NCBI GenBank assembly: GCA_035702725.1
Contig: DASSQB010000672.1
Span: 1-37,817 of the forward strand
Length of the DNA: 37,817 bases
Source: Terriglobales bacterium
Lineage (GTDB): Bacteria; Acidobacteriota; Terriglobia; Terriglobales; Acidobacteriaceae
Direction: 5' to 3'
Shown here: positions 1 to 9,374 of the stretch, piece after piece
Numbering within the stretch: the first letter of the stretch is position 1
How the letters are laid out: each line of letters begins with the position of its first letter
The notes under the pieces: model-generated
Told to the model about the DNA's origin: nothing
What the model saw: the letters and a program-made list of their open reading frames with translations, nothing else
Databases searched by the model: none
Position numbers and translations under genes: made by a program

Positions 1-2
1 CG

Positions 3-218
3 CTCAAGGTGGACCCTCGTACAACCGCACCACCCACCAAGAGCGACACACAAATCACCACAGGAGCGAGCGACTGGAACGCGGACTCCTCGCTCATTGT
101 CCCGAATTTCGGTGATTACACCGACAACTACTTGCTGGGTACGACGCTGTTCGTCGGCTGGGCTGACGGGCGGCTGGGATTCCCGCAACCCTTCGAAGAT
201 CACGTCAGCGTGCATTAA
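3..218 (+). CDS. 3' end of a CDS that begins upstream of the window; product unknown
   Basis: Frame is open from the window edge to TAA 216-218. C-terminus reads ...GTTLFVGWADGRLGFPQPFEDHVSVH. No family recognised by eye. Confidence 0.35.
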   Translation, partial: LKVDPRTTAPPTKSDTQITTGASDWNADSSLIVPNFGDYTDNYLLGTTLFVGWADGRLGFPQPFEDHVSVH

Positions 219-480
219 CAGGAGACGGCAGCGGGAGGGGGTTTGCGAAAGATGTTTTTCCAAACCCCTTCCGTATCAATCTTTCAAGTGCTTTTTGGGG
301 CGGGGCAAGAAGCAGGTCCACTCGCTGCGCTCTCCCGCAAGGCTCGGTCGCGCAGCTCAGGATGACAAAATGAGGATTGCTGTTCGGTGCAGCTGAGGCT
401 GCGCTCCAGCGAAACCCGGGTTGAAGAGTTCTTAGCCGTCCCCTTACAAAGTCCGACGGGTTTCACAATTACCTAATCAC

Positions 481-1296
481 TCAACTATTCAGCCCTGCTT
501 CCCGCGATCGTTGCGCCAGGTGCTCATAGGCGATGGCCAGCATCTGGTTCTGATCGAGCTGGAAATCGTTGGGTTCAAAAGCAAATTGGGTGCGCGCCGG
601 AATTTTGCCGCCCTCCTCGAAGAACAGGCGCTGCACGTCAGAGGCGAACTCCGGGTGTTGCGCGATTTTGGTGCGCAGGTACTCCATGCCGTGGGTGAGG
701 TGGCGGCCTTCGTCGGCGCGGATCAGCCGGATGCCCTCCAGCAGGCGGGGAAAAATGCCGCGAGTTCCCAACATCTCCTCGAAATAATCGTAGCCGCTCA
801 CCGCCATCAGCCCTTCCACCACGCCCATGTAATGGGCCACACCCAGCAACAGGGCACGCTCCAGCGCTTCGTCGTTTTCTTCCAGAGCAGCCCGGCCGAT
901 GGCGCGCGCGCGTTCGCGCAACTCGTCCACCAGCACACCACGGTAGGAATCTACCAGGTAGGCGGCCGTGTCCACTTTCCCAAACACTTCCCGGAAGTAG
1001 AGCTCAAAAAACTCCGCGTGCTTTACCTCTTCTAATAGTTGGGTGGCCAGGAACATCCTCCGGTCGGGCTCGGGCATGCCGGCCACAAAGAAGGGCAGCG
1101 TGTCGGCCACGCTGGTCTCGCCTTCGAAAAATAAGGAGCAGACCTTTACCAATTGCTCGCGCTGGCCGGGCGTGAGGCGCTCCCAGTCGGCGCGATCTTC
1201 CGCCACCGGAATCTGTTCCGGATCCCATATGCCCTGGCGCTTAGCCATGCTATAGAGTTCGCGTGCCGACTTGACCCCATGCCCCGCACTTGCCAT
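481..1296 (-). CDS. Ferritin-like di-metal carboxylate protein, ribonucleotide reductase R2-like (class Ic / R2lox-like, no radical Tyr)
   Basis: 271 aa, ATG at 1296. Ordered metal motifs: FFEGE, EEVKH (ExxH), VVEGLM, ADEGRH (ExxH). The residue at H+4 after the first ExxH is Phe (HAEFF), where class Ia R2 has the radical Tyr. The first ligand is Glu, not Asp. Confidence 0.7.
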   Translation of the reverse strand: MASAGHGVKSARELYSMAKRQGIWDPEQIPVAEDRADWERLTPGQREQLVKVCSLFFEGETSVADTLPFFVAGMPEPDRRMFLATQLLEEVKHAEFFELYFREVFGKVDTAAYLVDSYRGVLVDELRERARAIGRAALEENDEALERALLLGVAHYMGVVEGLMAVSGYDYFEEMLGTRGIFPRLLEGIRLIRADEGRHLTHGMEYLRTKIAQHPEFASDVQRLFFEEGGKIPARTQFAFEPNDFQLDQNQMLAIAYEHLAQRSREAGLNS

Positions 1297-1394
1297 GCCG
1301 CACCTCCGCTAAGTTGCGGGTCAGCATTGTAGGACAAGGCCGGCGATTGGGCACATTTCTTTGCGCAGGCAAGCAATTCAGGTAGGCTGTGCCC

Positions 1395-2306
1395 ATGCGC
1401 AAGTTGCTGATCGCCTTACTGGCTGCGGCTTTGCCGGCGGCGCCCGGGCGGGCGCAAGTCAAGCAGTCGGGTGACTGGGCCCAGACTATCGCCGAAAGTT
1501 ACGTCATCCAGCCCGACATTACCTATCTGACGATCAAAAGCGTTGCGCTGAAACTGGATATTTACCAGCCCCGCAAGCCATCGCAACCCGTTACCACGGT
1601 GGTGTATTTCCATGGTGGTGGCTGGGTGCGCCGCGACAAAGAGGAAGCCACACTGCGCCTGCTGCCTTATCTGCAGATGGGATGGGCGGTGGTCAACGTT
1701 GACTACCGACTAGCAGCCACAGCGCTGGCTCCGGCAGCGGTGGAAGACTGCCGCTGCGCCCTGCGGTGGGTGGCGCAGCATGGGGCGGAATATAGGTTCG
1801 ATATCAGCAAAATCGTGCTGGTGGGCGCCTCCGCCGGCGGTCACCTGGCCCTGATGGCGGGCATGGCTCCCGCTTCCGCCGGGCTGGACAAAGAGTGTCC
1901 CTCCCGCGATGAAGTGCGCGTGGCTGCCATCGTCAACTGGTTTGGAATAACCGATGTGGCCGACCTGCTGAGGGGCAAGAATGAGCGCGACTATGCCGTA
2001 ACCTGGCTGGGGAACCAGAAGGACCGGACCAAGGTCGCGCAGCGCGTTTCGCCGCTAACCTATGTTCGCCCTGGCCTGCCGCCCATCATTAGCGTGCATG
2101 CCGATAAGGACCCGACTGTGCCTTACTCGCAGGCGGTGCGCCTGCACCGCGCGCTCGACCAGGCAGGCGTTCCCAACCAGTTGGTCACCATTCACGGCGA
2201 GAAACACGGTCACTATGCGCCGGAAGATGATCTGGTGGCTTACCGCGAGATCTGGACCTTCCTGGCAAAGCACGGCGTAGCCGGGCTGACCTCCGAAGGC
2301 CACTGA
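1395..2306 (+). CDS. Secreted alpha/beta-hydrolase, esterase/lipase (HSL-like, fold-3)
   Basis: ATG 1395 (GTG 1389 is an alternative start). Signal-like N-terminus MRKLLIALLAAALPAAPGRAQ. HGGGW oxyanion motif, GASAGG nucleophile elbow, C-terminal Asp/His region (HADKDPTV, HGEKHGH). Confidence 0.8.
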   Translation: MRKLLIALLAAALPAAPGRAQVKQSGDWAQTIAESYVIQPDITYLTIKSVALKLDIYQPRKPSQPVTTVVYFHGGGWVRRDKEEATLRLLPYLQMGWAVVNVDYRLAATALAPAAVEDCRCALRWVAQHGAEYRFDISKIVLVGASAGGHLALMAGMAPASAGLDKECPSRDEVRVAAIVNWFGITDVADLLRGKNERDYAVTWLGNQKDRTKVAQRVSPLTYVRPGLPPIISVHADKDPTVPYSQAVRLHRALDQAGVPNQLVTIHGEKHGHYAPEDDLVAYREIWTFLAKHGVAGLTSEGH

Positions 2307-2431
2307 GGAGTCGAGCTCAGGGGTGAGCCCCGGCGCACCGCAAATGCTCATAATGCCTTCGCCGTGCCACGCCGCCTGCACCGCACAAAACAGAGTTGCG
2401 GGATGGAGGTGTGAGCGGGAAGAGGAGTGAG

Positions 2432-4111
2432 CTACGCTAACTCGAGCTCAATCTGCTTGGCGGCCGCATCCAGGCGGGCGATGCGGAACTGGCGGATCTG
2501 GCCGGGCGCCGGCTCCGGCTTGGCGGCGCCGGGGGCGGCCCCGCCTTTCCACCGCGCTTGCAGCATGGAGCTCAGCGAGGCCAAATCAACTTTGGCTTCA
2601 GAGGGCGCGGCTTCTTTCGTAGCGTTCTGCGCCGCCACCCGGCAGGTGGCCTGAATGCCTTCGCCCAATTCCACGCGCGCCTGCCCGCCGGCAAGCTCCA
2701 CCAGACGCCCGGTGACAACATCGCCGGTGCGATGCTCAGCGAGATACTCGTCAATACTGGTGGGCGCCATCTGCTTGATGCTGAGCTTGATTTGACGCTT
2801 ATCACGGTCCACAGCCAGCACCTGCGCCTTGACGATCTGTCCCACTTTCAAAACGTCTTGAGGATGGTTGATGCGTTTCTCGGCGCTGATTTCGCTCACA
2901 TGGATCATGCCTTCCACGCCCTCAGCAATCTGCACGAAGGCGCCAAACTTGGTGAGGCTGGTGACCGGGCCCTCCACGGCTGAGCCCACGGCCAGGCGCT
3001 GCGTCACATCGGCCCAGGGATCGCCCAGCGCCTGCTTGAGGCCGAGCGCGATGCGGCGCTCCGCCGCATTCACGCCCAGAATCACCGCTTCCACGGTTTC
3101 ACCAGGCTTGAGCACATCGCTCGGCTTTTTGACCTTCTTGACCCACGACATTTCAGAAACGTGGATCAGGCCCTCCACGCCTGGCTCTAGTTCCACAAAA
3201 GCGCCAAAGTCCATCAGCCGCGTGACCGTCCCCCGCGCCCGTTCACCCAACCTGTACTTCTGCGCTGCGGTGTCCCATGGGTTGGGCTGGAGCTGCTTCA
3301 TGCCCAGGGAAATACGCTGCTTCTCGGGATCAACCTTGAGTACGACGGCTTCTACTTCGTCGCCCACGGACAGAACGTCGGCAGGCTTGCTGAGGCGCTG
3401 CCAGGAGATATCGCCCACGTGCAGCAACGCATCCACGCCGCCAATGTCCACGAAGGCGCCGTAAGCGGTCAGGCTGCGAACCACGCCCCGCACCTGCTCC
3501 CCTTCCCTGATTTCGCCGTAGCGCCGCTCGCGAGCCGCACCCGCCTCCTCTTCGGCGATGACGCGGCGGTCCACCACCACATCCTCGTCGGCGGCGTCGA
3601 GCTTAGTGATGCGGCAACGGATCTCCTGGCCCACCAGCTTTTCCAGGTCGGCGCTGTCGCGCACGCCGCTGCGCGAAGCGGGTAGGAACGCGCGCACGCC
3701 CACATCCACGGTCAGGCCGCCCTTCACCGCTCCGGTGACGGTGCCCACGATGGAGGTTTTCTCGGCGAAGGCCTTTTCCAGCTCTTCCCAGCTGGTGGGC
3801 CGGCCAACCTTGCCGCGGGTGAGTTCGTAGTAGCCCTCTTGGTTGCGGCCTTTGATACTTACCGGGAACTTGTCGCCAGGCTTGGGCGGTTGGCGGTCAC
3901 TCTGAAACGCCGCCAGGGGAAGAATGCCTTCGGTTTTGAAGCCGATATCCACGTAAACCGAATCGGCGGAAACGGCGATCACCGTACCCTCGCGGGCTTT
4001 ACCCTGCTCCGGCTTGCGCTTGTGGCTGCGCTCGTATTGGGAAAAGGCTTCCTGAAACGATTCGGCGTTATCTTCAGCAGTTTTGGATTCGGGAGTATCG
4101 GGATTAGACAT
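2432..4111 (-). CDS. rpsA: 30S ribosomal protein S1
   Basis: 559 aa with tandem S1 OB-fold repeats: GTVIAVSADSVYVDIGFKTEG, GGLTVDVGVRAFLPAS, YGAFVDIGGVDALLHVGDIS, FGAFVELEPGVEGLIHVSEMS, FGAFVQIAEGVEGMIHVSEIS. Confidence 0.92.
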   Translation of the reverse strand: MSNPDTPESKTAEDNAESFQEAFSQYERSHKRKPEQGKAREGTVIAVSADSVYVDIGFKTEGILPLAAFQSDRQPPKPGDKFPVSIKGRNQEGYYELTRGKVGRPTSWEELEKAFAEKTSIVGTVTGAVKGGLTVDVGVRAFLPASRSGVRDSADLEKLVGQEIRCRITKLDAADEDVVVDRRVIAEEEAGAARERRYGEIREGEQVRGVVRSLTAYGAFVDIGGVDALLHVGDISWQRLSKPADVLSVGDEVEAVVLKVDPEKQRISLGMKQLQPNPWDTAAQKYRLGERARGTVTRLMDFGAFVELEPGVEGLIHVSEMSWVKKVKKPSDVLKPGETVEAVILGVNAAERRIALGLKQALGDPWADVTQRLAVGSAVEGPVTSLTKFGAFVQIAEGVEGMIHVSEISAEKRINHPQDVLKVGQIVKAQVLAVDRDKRQIKLSIKQMAPTSIDEYLAEHRTGDVVTGRLVELAGGQARVELGEGIQATCRVAAQNATKEAAPSEAKVDLASLSSMLQARWKGGAAPGAAKPEPAPGQIRQFRIARLDAAAKQIELELA

Positions 4112-4175
4112 GCCAGGGTCAGAACCTAGTTGAGGGTGACGGGCCTAGGATAACACCAGAAGTAACGACGCCGCT

Positions 4176-4784
4176 TCAGCCCTGCTTTTTCACAAAACGC
4201 AGCGCAACGGAATTCATGCAGTAGCGCAGGTGGGTGGGAGGCGGGCCATCGTCGAACACGTGGCCCAGGTGTGCGTCGCACAGAGCACAGCGAACCTCGG
4301 TTCTTTCCATGCCCAGGCCGTTGTCGCTTCCGGTGCGGACATTTTCTTCCGCAATAGGCGCCCAGAAGCTGGGCCAGCCGGTGCCGGAGTCGAACTTGGT
4401 CTGCGAACTGAACAGCGCGTTGTCGCAGCAGATGCAGCGAAAGAGCCCGGCTTCGTGCAGGTTCCAATACTGTCCGGTAAAAGCAAGTTCCGTGCCAGCC
4501 TCACGGGTGATTTCGAACGCCGCCGGCGAAAGCTGCTTACGCCACTCCTCTTCGCTCTTGACGACTTGCGGAACCCGGACTTTTCCCAGCCGCTTGCCGC
4601 CGTCTGAGTAGCGCACGATGGTGACCTCCCGCCCGGCCTGCGGCGGAGATTTCGCCTCCACCGGCGAACTTCTCTCCCACGACCAGACAGCCAGGCCAGC
4701 GATGGCAGAGACCGAGCCCAGCAGAAAAGCACGTCGCCCCAGAGTGCTGCGTCCAACGTTCGCAGGAGAATCACTTGCGCTCAT
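4176..4784 (-). CDS. msrB: Exported peptide-methionine (R)-S-oxide reductase MsrB
   Basis: SelR signature: zinc Cys pairs ([11 protein letters not shown] and [12 protein letters not shown]) and catalytic RYCMNS. N-terminal twin-arginine-like signal [16 protein letters not shown]. Confidence 0.9.
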   Translation of the reverse strand: MSASDSPANVGRSTLGRRAFLLGSVSAIAGLAVWSWERSSPVEAKSPPQAGREVTIVRYSDGGKRLGKVRVPQVVKSEEEWRKQLSPAAFEITREAGTELAFTGQYWNLHEAGLFRCICCDNALFSSQTKFDSGTGWPSFWAPIAEENVRTGSDNGLGMERTEVRCALCDAHLGHVFDDGPPPTHLRYCMNSVALRFVKKQG

Positions 4785-4793
4785 ACGATACCT

Positions 4794-5495
4794 TCATGGT
4801 TTCCCGACGTAGAGACTGGGGAATTGCTCCCGCAGATGCCCCAGCTTGGGCAGATCGTTGATCACGATATACGGGCTGTCGGGATGCCGCTGCAGATAAT
4901 TCTGATGGTAGGCCTCTGCCGGATAAAAAGCCTTGAGCGGAGCTACCTGCGTCACGATGGGCGTGCTGTAAACCTTCGCGGCATCGAGCTGAGCGATGTA
5001 GGCCTCGGCAATGCGCTTCTGCTCCGGGCCGGAATAGAAGATCACCGAGCGATACTGAGTTCCGTAATCAGGACCCTGGTGGTTCAGTTCGGTGGGGTCG
5101 TGCGCTACGGAAAAGAAAACTTGCAGCAACTGGCCATAGCTGATTTGCGAAGGGTCGTAGGTGATCTTCACCGACTCGGCGTGACCGGTGCTGCCCGTGC
5201 TCACCACCTCATATTCCGCGGCTCCCGCCGAACCGCCCGAGTAACCTGACGTTGCGCTTAAGACGCCGCGCACATGTTGAAACACGCCTTGCACGCCCCA
5301 GAAGCAGCCCCCAGCCAGCACCGCCGTCTCCTGCCCTTTAGCCTGGGCCAGCGCGGCATCCACTTTGGGATTGGGCAGGGGTGATCCCCCTCCGCGCACA
5401 ACAGGAGCCGCGTGTGTGAGTATCACGAAAATCGCGGCGAACACCAAAAAAAACCCGATGGCCGATTGCGCTGAAAATTTGCCAGACTTAAACAC
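4794..5495 (-). CDS. msrA: Exported/membrane-anchored peptide-methionine (S)-S-oxide reductase MsrA
   Basis: GTG start at 5495 preceded by GAGGAGGAGG. GGCFWG active-site motif. Hydrophobic N-terminal segment IGFFLVFAAIFVIL. Only 9 nt separate it from msrB. Confidence 0.9.
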   Translation of the reverse strand: MFKSGKFSAQSAIGFFLVFAAIFVILTHAAPVVRGGGSPLPNPKVDAALAQAKGQETAVLAGGCFWGVQGVFQHVRGVLSATSGYSGGSAGAAEYEVVSTGSTGHAESVKITYDPSQISYGQLLQVFFSVAHDPTELNHQGPDYGTQYRSVIFYSGPEQKRIAEAYIAQLDAAKVYSTPIVTQVAPLKAFYPAEAYHQNYLQRHPDSPYIVINDLPKLGHLREQFPSLYVGKP

Positions 5496-5595
5496 GGGGC
5501 CTCCTCCTCATGCCGCGCTAAGTATTGGAGTACCTGCTTTCATCAGAGGGAACATTTTTTCTGAGACCGCGGGGAACTGCTCAGCCGGTGCAGAC

Positions 5596-6207
5596 TTAGC
5601 CGGCAACGCCGCACCGCGGACAGCGGCAGTCCTCTGCATGTTGTCCCCCGGGCACGCGGCAGAGGGCGCAGCGGCAATCGGTACTGTGCTCTCCCCCGTA
5701 CATGCCGCAGGCTTCGCACAGACAATCCTGGGTGTGCTTGCCTCCAGGTTGCGCGCAGACCGGGCATACACAGCTCGACGCGTGCTGGCCGCCAAATTTG
5801 TAAGGTGGAGAGGCCGGGCCCGCTGCTGCGACGGGCCCCGCACGCTTAGTCCGGGAAGCAACAAATTGTGCTATGGCTTCGCGCTGCTCGGGAGCGAGCT
5901 TCAGGAATTCAAAACCATGCCGGACTGCGGAGCTGTACTTGGTCAGCGAGCGGACGTGCAGGGGCACTTTGTAGGCCGGCAAAGAAAACTGCAGTTCCAC
6001 CACTTGTTCAGCAGGGCACAAATTACTGAGCGTGGCGCCCAGACCGCCCTCGCTGATGTCTATAATTCGCCCGGTTATGAATTTTCCTCCGCCCAGCGAA
6101 ACCAGCAGGGGTGCGTCAAGAGAGATGCGCTCGTGCCTGCGTTTCGCGCTCCATTGAGGCGGGGCGGCTTGCGCGCCGTAATTCGGCACATCCGACTTCT
6201 TATCCAT
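5596..6207 (-). CDS. PilZ-domain (c-di-GMP receptor type) protein with a C-terminal 4x Cys3His repeat
   Basis: PilZ motifs RRHER (RxxxR) and DISEGG (D-x-S-x-x-G) lie 22 aa apart. The C-terminal 65 aa are four 16-aa repeats of GG-x-H-x3-C-x-C-x2-C. Upstream of and co-directional with msrA-msrB. Confidence 0.75.
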   Translation of the reverse strand: MDKKSDVPNYGAQAAPPQWSAKRRHERISLDAPLLVSLGGGKFITGRIIDISEGGLGATLSNLCPAEQVVELQFSLPAYKVPLHVRSLTKYSSAVRHGFEFLKLAPEQREAIAQFVASRTKRAGPVAAAGPASPPYKFGGQHASSCVCPVCAQPGGKHTQDCLCEACGMYGGEHSTDCRCALCRVPGGQHAEDCRCPRCGVAG

Positions 6208-6319
6208 ACTGCTACTGGCGCAAGCTTAACACGGGAGCAAAGGGCGCCCTCGCCTTAGGGGTGAGGGACTTGTGAGATGGGCTGGCTAAGAGAGTGCAGC
6301 GATAGCACAGCAAGCATCG

Positions 6320-8755
6320 CTATTCGTAGCGCAACGCCACGATCGGGTCAACGTTGGCAGCGCGTCGTGCCGGGATATAACTGGCCAGCACGGCCACCGC
6401 CGCCATCACCAGCACCATGGCCAGCAGGGTGATGGGGTCGAACGCGCTCACTTCAAAGAGTTGGCTGGAGAGCGCCCGGGCCAGGGCAAAAGCCACTACT
6501 AAACCTGCCACCACGCCCGCCGCCAGCAGCCGTAAACCTTGTCCCACCACCATACTCAGCACTTCCAGGCGGCGCGCCCCCAGAGCCATGCGGATGCCGA
6601 TCTCCTGCGTGCGAAGGGCCACGGAGTAGCTGATGATGCCGTAGAGTCCGAGCGCGGCCAGCAGCAGCGCGATTGCTGCGAACGTTCCCAGCAGCGTGAC
6701 CGCGAAACGCCGCGGGCCAAGAGAATCCGCTACGCGCTGCTCCATGGTCTGCAGGTCATAGGCGGCCGCCTGGCTGGGGTCAACATCCTTGACCGCCTGG
6801 CGAATGGTGGCAGCTAAAGCTTCGGGATCTCCGGTTGTGCGCGCCACCAGGAAGCCGTTGGCTGCGCCTGTCTGCAGCAGTGAGTAGTACCGCATGCCCT
6901 TACCCGATTCGCCTACCAGGGCGGAGCGTTTGCTATGCGCTACCACGCCGATAATCGTCGCCCAGGCGCTGCCCATGCTGAGGCTGTTATAGCGGATGCG
7001 TTGCCCCACTGGATTCTGGTTGGGCCAATACTGGTTCGCCAGGTTGGTATCAATGATGACCGTCAGGGGGCTCCCTTGCCGATCCTGGTCGCTGAAATCG
7101 CGGCCGCTGAGCAGGGGAATGTGCATGGCGGAGAAGTATCCCGGTGTGACGCGCTCAATGTTGCTGTGCGGACCAGGGTCGCCAGGCGCTACCGGGTGCC
7201 CCTCGATCTCAAATGACGACGCATCGCCGCTGTTGGAAAACGGCAGATTACCCACCGCCGCATCGGCCTGAACTCCCGGCTGGCTGCTCAGCCGTTGCGT
7301 AACCTGTTCATAAAAAGAAACCTGCTTAGCCTGGTCTTTATAGGCGGTAGCAGACAGCGAGACAGCCGCGGTCATCACTCCCTGGCTATCAAATCCCGGG
7401 CTGACTTCCTGCATCCGCGCCAGGCTGCGTAGAAACAACCCCGCGCCCACCAGCAAAACCAGTGCCAGTCCTACTTCCGCTACCACCAGGGCAGACCGTA
7501 AACGTTGCCGGCTGAGGCCGGCAGTATTGGATCGGCCACCCTCTTTGAGAGACTCGAAATCGCTCACGCGAGCCATCTGCCAGGCTGGCGCCACCCCGAA
7601 TAAGATAGCCGCAACCAATCCGGCCGCCAGCGTGAACAGCAGGACATTTGCATCCATGGGAGTGGCGACGTTGCGGATGGTGTTCTCGGGGGCAAGGCCG
7701 CGCAGGACGTTCACCGCGCTGAATGCTAATCCAAGCCCCAGTAAGCTGCCGCCGGCCGCCATGAGCAGGCTGTCGGCCATGGTTTGGCGGATGAGATGAG
7801 ATGGGCGGGCGCCCAGAGCACAACGGATTGCCAGTTCGCGGGAGCGGCCCGATGCCCGCGCCAGCATCAGACCAGCCACATTGGCGCACGTGATCAGCAG
7901 CACAAAGCCCACCGCGCCCAGCAGCACCAGCATGGGCGTGCGCAGATCGCCGTAGATGAATTCGATCAGCGGCAGGGCGAACATGCCCCAGTTGGAATCC
8001 TTGGCGTAGGCCGCCGCCCGCCCTGGCTCAACCGACTGCTGTGCTAGCACCTTCACAAACGCTTCCGCCTGCTCCACCGAAACTCCCGGCTTAACCCGGG
8101 CCACCGCGAAGTAGCTCTCGTTGAAGCGATTGTCGGGGCCATATTCCGAAGGCGGCAGCCCCAGCGGCACCCAGATTTGCGCCTGATTGGGCCAATCAAA
8201 TCCCGGGCCCATAACGCCGACTACTCTGTAAGGCTGAGAATTGAGCTGAATGGTCTGACCTACGATGGCAGGATCGCCGCCGAAGACCCGCTGCCACGTT
8301 TCATAGGAAAGTATTGCCTCGTGGTTAGCCCCCGGTTGGTCTTCTTCCGGGCGAAAATCCTGGCCTAGAATCGGACGTGCGCCCAGAGTCCGCAGCCATT
8401 GCCAGGAAACATTGGCGCCCAGCAAACGTTCCGGCATGCCATTGCCGACGTAGTTGTAGTCGCCGGAGGTGACCACCGCGGCGGAGGCAAACATCTGCTT
8501 GCTATCGCGCACATTGGCGAAATCGGGCAGCGATACCGTGATGCTCTTCAGATTGAGCTTGTCATATTTGGCGCGGATAGCCAGCAGCCGGCCAGGATCA
8601 GACACCCCTGCGGGATGGAAGAACATTCCGTTGATTACGCTGAAAATCGCGGTATTGGCCGCGATACCCAGCGCCAGGGTCAGCACCGCAACAATGGTGA
8701 ATGCCGGCGTTTTGGCCAGGCGCCGAATTCCGAATTTCAATTCCTGCCAGAACAT
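6320..8755 (-). CDS. Duplicated FtsX/MacB-type ABC permease (ADOP family)
   Basis: About 811 aa from ATG 8755; the ORF stays open to 8782. N-terminus MFWQELKFGIRRLAKTPAFT. Two halves, each with a TM helix, a large periplasmic domain and an FtsX 3-TM bundle (the second half ends ...SYIPARRAANVDPIVALRYE). No ATPase gene is adjacent. Confidence 0.85.
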   Translation of the reverse strand: MFWQELKFGIRRLAKTPAFTIVAVLTLALGIAANTAIFSVINGMFFHPAGVSDPGRLLAIRAKYDKLNLKSITVSLPDFANVRDSKQMFASAAVVTSGDYNYVGNGMPERLLGANVSWQWLRTLGARPILGQDFRPEEDQPGANHEAILSYETWQRVFGGDPAIVGQTIQLNSQPYRVVGVMGPGFDWPNQAQIWVPLGLPPSEYGPDNRFNESYFAVARVKPGVSVEQAEAFVKVLAQQSVEPGRAAAYAKDSNWGMFALPLIEFIYGDLRTPMLVLLGAVGFVLLITCANVAGLMLARASGRSRELAIRCALGARPSHLIRQTMADSLLMAAGGSLLGLGLAFSAVNVLRGLAPENTIRNVATPMDANVLLFTLAAGLVAAILFGVAPAWQMARVSDFESLKEGGRSNTAGLSRQRLRSALVVAEVGLALVLLVGAGLFLRSLARMQEVSPGFDSQGVMTAAVSLSATAYKDQAKQVSFYEQVTQRLSSQPGVQADAAVGNLPFSNSGDASSFEIEGHPVAPGDPGPHSNIERVTPGYFSAMHIPLLSGRDFSDQDRQGSPLTVIIDTNLANQYWPNQNPVGQRIRYNSLSMGSAWATIIGVVAHSKRSALVGESGKGMRYYSLLQTGAANGFLVARTTGDPEALAATIRQAVKDVDPSQAAAYDLQTMEQRVADSLGPRRFAVTLLGTFAAIALLLAALGLYGIISYSVALRTQEIGIRMALGARRLEVLSMVVGQGLRLLAAGVVAGLVVAFALARALSSQLFEVSAFDPITLLAMVLVMAAVAVLASYIPARRAANVDPIVALRYE

Positions 8756-9203
8756 GTGATGAGTCCTTGGAGGGCCGGGCACCCTTTTGCCGCCCGGGGG
8801 TGTATGGCCGCTGGGAATAGTCCGCGGGAGCTGAGGGCAAGCGGGCTACCAAGTGTTATTGTGAGCTAACCCACAGATCACATTGTACTTATTGGCTCTC
8901 AGCGGCTTGCCGAGTGTCCGCTTTCGAACATGGATGTGCGAAAACGGACGCACGGCATTAACGAAGGGATTTGTTGGCCGTCTAAGTTCTTCGTGGAGTG
9001 ATCCGCACCTCGCAGCTCGTCCCCGGTAACCGCGTTGCGGCGGATTTTTTGAGGCCGCCAGGTACCGGCGACATTTTTCCGCGCAGTCCAGGTTCAGGAT
9101 GTCTTTCTCCCAGCCCTGCCCGACGGCTCCTACCTCAACCGTCCTCCTCCCTCAGTTTAGTAAATCCCGTTTCCAAACCGACCCTTTGTATTGCTGTAAT
9201 TGC

Positions 9204-9374
9204 GACCTGGCGCTCGAGTTGTCCCAGACCCGCTACAAGCTCGGCCTGGCCTCCATCGTGGAACTGAGCCAGGCGCAGCTGCAGCAGACGCAAGCCCAGA
9301 TCGGCAGCGCCCAGGCTACGTATCAATACCGTCTGGCGCTGGCGGTTCTGAACTTCCAGATTGCCGATTTCTGA
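9204..9374 (+). pseudogene. Remnant of the C-terminal end of a TolC-family outer-membrane efflux protein
   Basis: DLALELSQTRYKLGLASIVELSQAQLQQTQAQIGSAQATYQYRLALAVLNFQIADF matches the last helical hairpin of TolC/OprM-type proteins. The sequence upstream in this frame is not TolC-like and no complete OMP ORF exists. Confidence 0.5.

Noticed and set aside
324-374. Hairpin gctgcgc...gcgcagc followed by gctcaggatgacaa, which looks like an interspersed repeat I associate with acidobacterial genomes
   Set aside because: There is a single copy in this window, and the family attribution rests on memory only. It cannot be supported without a genome-wide search.
5365-6258. 297-aa plus-strand ORF overlapping the PilZ gene
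   Set aside because: The minus strand encodes the PilZ RxxxR / DxSxxG motifs and an ordered Cys repeat. The plus-frame product is low-complexity Ala/Arg/Gly.
8998-9267. 89-aa ORF upstream of and overlapping the TolC remnant
   Set aside because: It is Pro/Ser-rich with no motif, sits in a different frame from the recognisable TolC segment, and is probably non-coding debris.
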